A DNA stretch of 32,000 bases, taken from positions 180,001-212,000 of the forward strand of contig NC_014034.1 of assembly GCF_000021865.1 (NCBI RefSeq), in the 5' to 3' direction. Below, piece by piece: positions 9,001 to 16,800 of the stretch (position 1 is its first letter; each line of letters opens with the position of its first letter). The position numbers were made by a program, and so were the translations under genes. The notes beneath the pieces are model-generated. The model was not told the DNA's origin, did not search any database, and saw only the letters and a program-made list of their open reading frames with translations. The DNA is from Rhodobacter capsulatus SB 1003 (GTDB lineage Bacteria > Pseudomonadota > Alphaproteobacteria > Rhodobacterales > Rhodobacteraceae).

Positions 9001-10434
9001 TCACTCGGCGGCGACGCGACCGGCGCCGTCGAGGTATTTCACCATCTCTGCCCCGGCCTCGCGGCCATCGCGGATCGCCCAGACGACAAGCGAGGCCCCG
9101 CGCACGATGTCGCCCACGGCATAGACGCCGGGCAGGCTGGTCGCATGGGTGCCGAAGCTCGCCTTGACCGTGCCCCAGCGCGTGGTTTCCAGCGCCGAGA
9201 CATTCCACAAGGCGGGCAGGTCCTCGGGTTCGAAGCCGAGCGCGGTGATCACCAGATCGGCCGGTTCTTCATAGAGGCCGCCCTCGATCGGTTCGGGGCT
9301 TTGACGGCCCGAGGCATCCGGGGCACCCAGCCGCATGCGCTGCACAGTGACGCTGTCGACCGGATTGCCCGCAAATGCCTTCGGCGCCGCAAGCCAGACG
9401 AATTCCGCGCCTTCTTCCTCGGCATTCGTCACTTCGCGCTGGCTGCCCGGCATGTTCGCCCGGTCACGCCGGTAAAGGCATTTGACCGAGGTCGCGCCCT
9501 GGCGAATCGCCGTGCGCACGCAGTCCATCGCGGTGTCGCCGCCGCCGATCACCAGCACGCGCTTGCCGGTGGCGTTCAGCGTGCCATCGTCGAATTCGGC
9601 CACGTCATCGCCGAAGCTCTTCTTGTTCGAGGCGGTCAGATAGTCGATGGCGCGCACGATCCCCTTGGCCTCCGCGCCCGGATCGGTCAGCGCGCGGGTC
9701 TTGTAGACGCCGGTGGCGATCAACACCGCATCATGCTTGCCGCGGATCGCGTCAAAGGAAATGTCGGTGCCGACATTGCAGTTCAGCACGAAGGCGACGC
9801 CGCCCTGTTCCAGCTGCCGCACGCGGTTCATCACCACGTCCTTTTCCAGCTTGAAGCCGGGGATGCCATAGGTCAGCAGCCCGCCCGCGCGGTCGTTGCG
9901 GTCATAGACCGTCACCTGCACCCCCGCCCGGCGCAGCACGTCGGCCGCGGCCAGACCGCCGGGGCCCGCGCCGATGATGCCGACCGATTCCGGGCGTTCG
10001 ACCGCGGGGGCGATCGGTTTCACCCAGCCGCGGTCCCAGGCCGTGTCGGTGATGTATTTCTCGATCGCGCCGATGGTCACGGTGCCATGGCCCGAGTTTT
10101 CGATGACGCAATTGCCTTCGCACAGACGGTCCTGCGGGCAGATGCGGCCGCAGATTTCCGGGAAGCTGTTGGTGGTCTGGCTGACCTGATAGGCCTCTTC
10201 CAGACGGCCCTCGGCGGTCAGCCGCAGCCAGTCGGGGATGTTGTTGTGCAGCGGGCAATGCGCGTGGCAATAGGGCACGCCGCATTGGCTGCACCGGCCC
10301 GCCTGTTCCGCCGCCTTCGCATCGGCGAATTCGGCGTAGATCTCGTCGAAGTCATGGGTGCGCGCGGTGGCATCGCGTTTTTCCGGCGTCTCTTTCGCCG
10401 TCGTGACGAATTTGAGCATGCGTTGCTGAGCCAT
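9001..10434 (-). CDS. gltD: Glutamate synthase (NADPH) small subunit
   Basis: Fe-S motif CSQCGVPYCHAHCPLHNNIPDWL, dinucleotide fold VGIIGAGPGGLAAA and a second fold RVLVIGGGDTAMDC. Start chosen at the ATG at 10434 (MAQQRMLKF) with GGGAGG 7 nt upstream, rather than the track start at 10491. Confidence 0.96.
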   Translation of the reverse strand: MAQQRMLKFVTTAKETPEKRDATARTHDFDEIYAEFADAKAAEQAGRCSQCGVPYCHAHCPLHNNIPDWLRLTAEGRLEEAYQVSQTTNSFPEICGRICPQDRLCEGNCVIENSGHGTVTIGAIEKYITDTAWDRGWVKPIAPAVERPESVGIIGAGPGGLAAADVLRRAGVQVTVYDRNDRAGGLLTYGIPGFKLEKDVVMNRVRQLEQGGVAFVLNCNVGTDISFDAIRGKHDAVLIATGVYKTRALTDPGAEAKGIVRAIDYLTASNKKSFGDDVAEFDDGTLNATGKRVLVIGGGDTAMDCVRTAIRQGATSVKCLYRRDRANMPGSQREVTNAEEEGAEFVWLAAPKAFAGNPVDSVTVQRMRLGAPDASGRQSPEPIEGGLYEEPADLVITALGFEPEDLPALWNVSALETTRWGTVKASFGTHATSLPGVYAVGDIVRGASLVVWAIRDGREAGAEMVKYLDGAGRVAAE

Positions 10435-10440
10435 GGCTGC

Positions 10441-10468
10441 GCCTCCCACTGGGGTCAATTCGGGAGGC
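10441..10468 (-). promoter_or_regulatory. Hairpin in the gltD leader that pairs the Shine-Dalgarno sequence
   Basis: Minus-strand RNA GCCUCCC-(14 nt)-GGGAGGC. The 3' arm is the GGGAGG SD of gltD. 7-bp all-GC/CG stem. Confidence 0.35.
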
Positions 10469-10651
10469 CTTGTTACACCCGGGCCGATCAAAATAAAAGT
10501 CAGCAGTTATGACCTTAAATGGGGATTTATCGTCGCAACTGCCCCTTGGCGGGGGCTGAGGGGGAAATAATGCGGCAGCAAGACTTACCTAGTGCGAAAA
10601 TCCGATAACGATCTTGTGCGAAATCGGGGTGATTCGGTTCTTTTGGAAAGC

Positions 10652-11446
10652 TCAGACCAGAACGCCCGCGGCGCCCAGCGCCAGCAACACGCCGCCAAAG
10701 ACGATGCGGTAGATCGCGAAGAAGGTGAAGCGATGCGACTGGATGTAGGTCAGCAGCCATTTCACCGCGACAAAGGCGGTCACGGTGGAGACGGCAAAGC
10801 CGATGCCGAGCGCGGTCCAGTCCTCGGCCGGGCCGCCGCCCCTGAGGGTCTTCAGAAGTTCGTAGCCGGTGGCGGCATACATCGTCGGGATGCCGACAAG
10901 AAAGGCGAATTCGGTGGCGGCGGCGCGGTTCGTCGTGCCCATCAGCATGGCGACGAAGATCGTCGCACCGGATCGCGAGGTGCCCGGAAACACCCCGGCG
11001 ATGATCTGCGCCACCCCCACGGCGATGGCGACGCGCAGGGTGATCGTGGCGCAATCGGGTTTCTTGCCCGCCAGCCATTCGGCCACGATCATCCAGATCC
11101 CGCCCAGAACCAGCGCCCAGGCGATCGGCATCACCGTCTCGGGCAGCGCGAAGCCGAGCTTCTTCACCACCAGCCCCAGAACCGCGGTGATCCCGAAGGC
11201 CACGGCAAGCTTGATCAGGTAATCGCGGTTTTCCGACTGGCCAAGGCCGAGGAAAAGCCCGGTGATGCGGCGCCAGTAGATCAGCGTCACCGCGAGGATG
11301 GCGCCCGCCTGAATCGCGATGTTGTAGGTGTCCGACCGTGCCCCCAGCCAGGCCTCGGCCAGAAGCAGATGCCCCGTGGAGGAGATCGGCAGGAATTCCG
11401 TGATCCCTTCGATCACCCCCAGGACGACATCGGCCAGATAAGACAA
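10652..11446 (-). CDS. uppP: Undecaprenyl-diphosphate phosphatase (BacA/UppP)
   Basis: N-terminal signature VLGVIEGITEFLPISSTGHL and a multi-TM protein of 264 aa. The start codon is TTG (plus-strand CAA at 11444-11446) with AGGTG 5 nt upstream, 8 nt after the upstream gene's stop. Confidence 0.93.
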   Translation of the reverse strand: MSYLADVVLGVIEGITEFLPISSTGHLLLAEAWLGARSDTYNIAIQAGAILAVTLIYWRRITGLFLGLGQSENRDYLIKLAVAFGITAVLGLVVKKLGFALPETVMPIAWALVLGGIWMIVAEWLAGKKPDCATITLRVAIAVGVAQIIAGVFPGTSRSGATIFVAMLMGTTNRAAATEFAFLVGIPTMYAATGYELLKTLRGGGPAEDWTALGIGFAVSTVTAFVAVKWLLTYIQSHRFTFFAIYRIVFGGVLLALGAAGVLV

Positions 11447-11454
11447 GCTTGCAC

Positions 11455-12432
11455 CTATTTCAGATTCTTGGCCGAAGCCTGGATCGCCTCATATTGCCCA
11501 TGCGGGCGGAAACGCCAGAGGTAATCGGGCAGCACCGCCGCCATCGGCGTCGGCGTGATGCCCAGATCGGCAAAGGTCTTCGCGGATTTGCCCACGACAT
11601 TGTGACGGCCGAGGTTCTTCAGCTGGTCGGTGGTCAGGATGCGGTTGGTGATCAGCCCGCCGGTCAGCCATTGCACGGTGTCGCCGATCGCCGCGGTGGT
11701 GCGGGCGACGACCTGCGGCAGGCCGATGACGATGTTCTTGCGCCCGATCACTTTCAGCATCAGCTTCATGATGTCTTCGAAGGTCTCGACATCGGGGCCG
11801 CCCAGCTCATAGGTGCCCTCGGCCTCGCCCAGGATGCCCTGCACCGCGGCGGCGGCGACGTCATCGACATAGACCGGCTGGAATTTCGTAAGCGGTGCGG
11901 TGATCGGCAGGAACGGGCCGAATTTCGCCATCGCGGCGAAGCGGTTGAAAAAGCCGTCCTCGGTCCCGAAGATCACCGAGGGACGCAGGATCACCGCCTT
12001 GGGGAAGGATTTCAGCACCGCAAGCTCGCCCCAGCCCTTGGTGCGGGAATAGGCGCTGTCCGATTCGTTGTCGGCGCCGATCGCGGAAATGTGAACCAGC
12101 TTCGAAACGCCCAGCTCGGCGGCGATGCGGGCGATCCGCCCGGCGCCATCGGCCTGCACGTCCATGAAGGTGTTGCGGCCTTCGTTGACCAGGATGCCGA
12201 CGCAGTTCACCACCGCATCCGCGCCCTGCATGGCGGTCCGCACCGAGGCATCGTCGCGGATGTTGCAAAAGAACGGTTCGACCTGACCCACGGCGCCATA
12301 GGGTTTGACGAACAGGGCCTCGTTCGGGCGGCGCACGGCGACGCGGACGCGCCAGCCTTCCTTCGCCATGCGTCGGGCAATGTAACGCCCCACGAAACCC
12401 GAACCGCCATAGATGGTGACAAGCTTCGACAT
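11455..12432 (-). CDS. NAD(P)-binding SDR, complex I NDUFA9-subunit-like family protein
   Basis: MSKLVTIYGGSGFVGRYIARR Rossmann motif at the chosen ATG (12432), with AGGACGGA upstream. The track's extension to 12594 runs nearly to the tRNA and has no coding character. Confidence 0.88.
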   Translation of the reverse strand: MSKLVTIYGGSGFVGRYIARRMAKEGWRVRVAVRRPNEALFVKPYGAVGQVEPFFCNIRDDASVRTAMQGADAVVNCVGILVNEGRNTFMDVQADGAGRIARIAAELGVSKLVHISAIGADNESDSAYSRTKGWGELAVLKSFPKAVILRPSVIFGTEDGFFNRFAAMAKFGPFLPITAPLTKFQPVYVDDVAAAAVQGILGEAEGTYELGGPDVETFEDIMKLMLKVIGRKNIVIGLPQVVARTTAAIGDTVQWLTGGLITNRILTTDQLKNLGRHNVVGKSAKTFADLGITPTPMAAVLPDYLWRFRPHGQYEAIQASAKNLK

Positions 12433-12556
12433 CGTTCCGTCCTCATTGCATACCGTCGTGCACTGATTTAGCCGCAGGACCCCGGTCAAACAAGTCCCGC
12501 GTGGCAGGAGGGTAGGGCATCTGACAGGTCGGTCAAATTTTTCTTGCGGACCCCTG

Positions 12557-12585
12557 TTGACACTCCCTGCTGGCCCGGCTAAACC
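12557..12585 (+). promoter_or_regulatory. Putative sigma-70-type promoter of tRNA-Leu
   Basis: Perfect -35 TTGACA (12557-12562), 17-bp spacer, weak -10 TAAACC (12580-12585). The mature tRNA 5' end lies 16 nt downstream. Confidence 0.4.
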
Positions 12586-12600
12586 CCGGCTCACGAAGAC

Positions 12601-12685
12601 GCCCAGATGGCGGAATTGGTAGACGCGCTGGTTTCAGGTACCAGTGCCGCAAGGCGTGGAGGTTCGAGTCCTCTTCTGGGCACCA
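12601..12685 (+). tRNA. tRNA-Leu (anticodon CAG), class II with a long variable arm, CCA encoded
   Basis: Acceptor GCCCAGA/TCTGGGC. Anticodon arm CTGGT-TTCAGGT-ACCAG. Long variable arm TGCCGCAAGGCGT. T-arm GGAGG-TTCGAGT-CCTCT. Discriminator A plus CCA. Confidence 0.95.
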
Positions 12686-12695
12686 TTCCAACGGC

Positions 12696-12737
12696 AAGCC
12701 GTGCAATCTCAATGAGATGCACGGCTTTCTGTTTTTA
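12696..12737 (+). terminator. Rho-independent terminator after tRNA-Leu
   Basis: AAGCCGTGCA...TGCACGGCTT perfect 10-bp stem, extended by ATCTCA/TGAGAT with one bulge, followed by TCTGTTTTT. Confidence 0.75.
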
Positions 12738-12948
12738 GGCCCCCCTCATCGTGAAAGGCAGGCCCGGTGCGATGGGTCATCGCGTGCGGGCTTGCTGGAA
12801 AGCCTGTCGGCCTGCCTGTTCCGGGGTGGATTTCAATGGGTTTGCGGCCTGCGGGACCGCGCCGCAGCCGCCCGGATCACGTCGGAGGGCCAAGCCGATC
12901 CGACATGATCCAAGGTTCCGCCCGGGTGCGTCACGCGGTGCGAGGGGC

Positions 12949-13719
12949 TTACTTGCCAAGCTCCGGCCAGACGCAATCGATGCCGAAGGCGGTGCAGAAG
13001 CGTTCGTAATCCGGCTGCATGATCTGAAACAGCCGGTCATAGGTCGCCTGAGAGATGTCCTTCAGGGTCGACTTGTTGCTGTGCTTGATTTCGACGAAGC
13101 TGTCGTCCCAGATCGGATCGACGCCGACATGTTCGAACATCCGCCGCACCGTGGCTTTCGGATCGTTGCGCAGCTGCGTGTTGTCGATCACCAGCAGCCG
13201 TTCGCCGAAAATGCCCGCGAATCTTTGCGCCTTCGCCATGTAGAGGCTGAAGCCGATGATATGCATGTAGTTGCTCTGGATCACGCCGATGCCCGGCAGC
13301 ATCCTGGCCAGGTCGCGGTTGAAGAACATGTCCGGTGACATGTCCATCAGCGCGGGGATCTTGTTGACCACCTGCAGATGCCGGAAATGCGAGATCGCCC
13401 GCTCGATCGGGTTGCGGGTGATCAGGATCAGCTTGCCCTGCGGGTTGTAGCGGTCGATCAGCCGCGGCATCAGCGGCGTGTTGCAGGCGTCGAAATAGGT
13501 CGGGCTGGCGTCGACATAATGCTGCCCGGCGGGCAGGCCCGCGAAATGGCGGTGATACCAGTCGTCGCCTTCCGCATAGTTCAGCGAGAAATAGTGGATT
13601 TCCTTTTGCGTGCCCGAATGGATCTGCGGATGTTCGGTCAGGATGCGATGCAACGCGGTGGTCCCGCCCTTCATCGTGCCGATGATGAAGATGTCGGGCC
13701 GGTTGATGGTCTGGGTCAT
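12949..13719 (-). CDS. PAPS-dependent sulfotransferase (Sulfotransfer_1-like, NodH/heparan-type fold)
   Basis: 5'-PSB loop IFIIGTMKGGTTAL and 3'-PB motif LILITRNPIERAISHF. 256 aa, ATG at 13719. Confidence 0.88.
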   Translation of the reverse strand: MTQTINRPDIFIIGTMKGGTTALHRILTEHPQIHSGTQKEIHYFSLNYAEGDDWYHRHFAGLPAGQHYVDASPTYFDACNTPLMPRLIDRYNPQGKLILITRNPIERAISHFRHLQVVNKIPALMDMSPDMFFNRDLARMLPGIGVIQSNYMHIIGFSLYMAKAQRFAGIFGERLLVIDNTQLRNDPKATVRRMFEHVGVDPIWDDSFVEIKHSNKSTLKDISQATYDRLFQIMQPDYERFCTAFGIDCVWPELGK

Positions 13720-13857
13720 TCTTGTCTGCCTTGAACTGTCACAGCGATTTTGACGGACAGGGGGAGATTGCGCCCCCCGCGGCCGGAAGGCTGTGTTCCG
13801 GGAGAGGGGACGCAGGGGAAGATGCGCCGGGCGATGGCGGGAAAGCCGCGCAGGAGG

Positions 13858-16800
13858 TCATGCTTTCCCGGTTCCTGTCAGGCCGAACTGCACCGCAAGC
13901 TCGGCAATGTAGTCGGCGGCCTTTTGCTGTTGCACGGCGCCCAGCCCGTGCCGGGTCAGGATGTCGCGCTGCACCGCTTCGATCTCGGCCAGTTGCTTGG
14001 CGTCGAAATTCGAGATCGTGACGCTGTTCTGATGCCGCCGGTGAATGTTCTTCGAGGCGGTGTTGAAAGCGATCCCGCCGCGTTCCAGCAGCCACAGATA
14101 GACCAGCCAGTCGCCGACGAAGCGCACCGATTCCAACTCGGTGCGGTGCTCGGCCAGAACCGCGCGCAGCGCCCCGGCCGCCATCACCACCCCCGAGGCA
14201 TTCGGGATCGTGTTCTTCAGATAAAGCACCTCGGAGATTTCCTCGGCGCCGTCGCGGCAGTAGTTCTGCGCCCAATGCGTCGGGCTGATCTTGTCGGTGT
14301 AATAGCGGTAGTTCGCCGCCAGCGGCGTGCCGTTCTCGTCGATCTGCGCCGAGTCGGTATAGGACAGCACCGTCCCCGGTTTCTCGAAGCCGCGCATCGC
14401 GGTCGACAGGAAATCGGGCTCGGCCAGATCGTCGGCCTCGGCGATCCAGACGTAATCGCCATGCGCCAGATCCAGCCCCTTGATCCATTGCCGGAACACA
14501 TTGCCCGAGTTCACCTCGTTCGGGACGATGCGGATCGGCCGTTCGCAGCGCGCGGCAAAGGCGCGGATGCGCTCCAGGCTGTCGTCGGTCGAGCGGTCGT
14601 CAAGCACGATGATTTCGTAGATCGGGAAATCCTGCGCCAGAACCGAATTCAGCCGGTCCTCGATGTAGCGGCCATAGTTGTAGTTCGGCACGACCACCGA
14701 CACCCGCGGCACATGCCGCCCCGACAGCCGCAGCAGATCCAGCGTGTATTTGGTGAAATCGGCCTCGGCCTCGATGTAGTCGCGCGCGGCGGCCACCATC
14801 TGCCCGCGCCGCTCGGGGTGGTCGATCAGGCTTTCCACCGCCTGCGCCATCCCGGCCGGGTCCTGACCGCCGACGGCCAGCGCCAGACCGCGTTCGGCCA
14901 GCACTTCGCAGCCGGTGGTGCCCGCGAACATCACGCAGGGCAGCCGGGCCGCCATCGCCTCCAGCACGACCGAGGGGAACGGATCCTCGCGCGAGGACAG
15001 CAGGAACACGTCCGAGGCGGCATAGAAGGGGACCGGATCCTGTTGCCGGCCGAGGAAGCGCATGTGCCCGGCCACGCCCAGATCGCGGGCCAGGGCCTCG
15101 ATCTGCGGCAGGAAATGGATGTCGGCATGACCGATCCAGATCGCCTCGACCTTGCGGCCGAGCTCGCGCAGACGGGCCAGCGTGCGCACGAACAGATCGC
15201 CGCCCTTGCGGTGATCGACATAGCCCACGCCCAGAAGCAGCGTCGTGTCGGCATCCAGGCCCAGCTCGGCGCGCAGACGGGCGCGATGCTGCGCCAGCGC
15301 GTCCGAAGAGGCCAGCTCGTGCAGGTAAAGCCCCTGCGGCCGGATCTGCGCCCGCGGCAGCGACCGGCCCAGATAGGTCTCGAACTGCGCCTGCACCAGC
15401 GGCGCCGGGAAGACGACCTGATCGGCGTGATCGGCGACCAGCGTCATCTGCGGCCGCAGGTTCATCTGATCATAGACCGAGGCCATCTCGTGGATCAGCG
15501 ACACGGTGCGATAGCCCGCCTCGCGCAGCATCGGCAGGATCTCGGCGCTGACGGTGGTGTTGACGATCGCCACCTGCGCATCTTCGGTGCGCAGCCGCCG
15601 CAGCAGGCGGGTGCAGTTCTCGCCCGCCAGCGCCGGATCGTCGAGCACGACCACCTGCGCATATTGCGCATATTGCGTCACCATCTGACCGCCCTGCAGC
15701 AGGATGATCGTCACCTTGAACCCGTTTTGCACATAGTTCCGCGCCAGGTTCAAAAGCAGGATCTGCGCCCCGTGCGGATGCGCGTCATGGCCGACCAGCG
15801 TCACCATCCGCGGCACTTCGACCGGGTTCAGCGCCGCCCGCGAGGCTTCCAGATAGGCGTAACCGTATTTCGTGTCGGGCTCGAGATGCGCGCCCTCGGC
15901 CCATTCGTTCCAGGCATTGACGAAGATCACCCGCTCGTCGGGGGTGCGGGCATCGGCCAGCGTCCGGGTGACGGCGTTTTCCAGCCAGACGCGGTATTCG
16001 GCCGGGTTCGAATTGGCAAAGATCGCGCCCTTGTTCTTGCGCCGCGCGGTGTTGTCCCAGGACGGGCAGACCGAACGGTAAAGCTTGTAGTCGGGCATCG
16101 GATAATTGCGCGAGCGTTCGACATAGGACCGCCAGTCATAGATGATGCCGTCAAACTCGGGCGAGAGCCCCGGCACGCGGTCGGTCAGATTGTCGGGCGA
16201 ATAGTTGTTGGGCGGGAATTCCACCGCCGCATCAAAGCCGTATTCCGCCGGATCGACGGTTTCGAAGCTTTGCGGATAGGCCAGATAGATCTCGCCGACG
16301 CCGTTCTTGCGGCACCAGTCGCGCCAGCGCGCCGAGGTTTCGGCCACGTTCGGCATCAGGCTCGGGCGATAAAGCAGGATCAGCGGCTTGCCGTCGATGC
16401 GGATGTAACGCGGATCGCGCAGATAGGGCGCCAGTTCGGTGATGAAGTCGAGATCGTCTTCGGGGCTGTGGTTTTGCGAGATCAGCAGTTCCTGATCCAG
16501 CCCGTCCCAGCGCCGCGACCAGTTCTCGTTCGCCCAGCAGATGCAGAAGGGGAAATCGAGATCGGGCGTGTCCAGCCAGTTCCGCACCGGCTTTTCCAGA
16601 AGACGCTTGCCGCCGAACCAGTACCAGTAGAAGCAGAAGCCGCCGATGCCGTAAAGCTGCGCCAGCTCGATCTGCTTGCGCTGCACATTGGTATCCAGAA
16701 GGTTGTACTGGCCCAGTTCCGGAACCGGCTCGTGCGGCTGGTGATGGCCGGGGAACTGCGGTTGCGCCGGGCCGACATTCGTCCATTCGGTGAAACCCTT

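Noticed and set aside
8975-9208. N-terminal extensions offered by the ORF track: 8975-9208, 10435-10491, 12433-12594, 25066-25413, 26799-27035, 29177-29218 and 3605-3730.
   Set aside because: Each extension overlaps the upstream gene or a terminator or tRNA promoter. Each encodes Arg-rich non-homologous sequence and precedes an internal start that has a good SD and the canonical family N-terminus.
9145-10512. Plus-strand 455-aa ORF opposite gltD, and the similar ORFs 10592-11524 (+) and 11449-12471 (+) opposite uppP and the SDR gene.
   Set aside because: Shadow ORFs of confidently identified minus-strand genes, with biased Arg/Asp/Gly/His composition.
10435-10651. Looked for a sigma-54 (-24 GG / -12 GC) promoter and an NtrC-type palindrome upstream of gltD.
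   Set aside because: No GG-N10-GC element with flanking TGGCAC/TTGC context was found by eye. Only a weak sigma-70-like TTAAGG-N17-TATTTT could be proposed, too weak to report as a feature.
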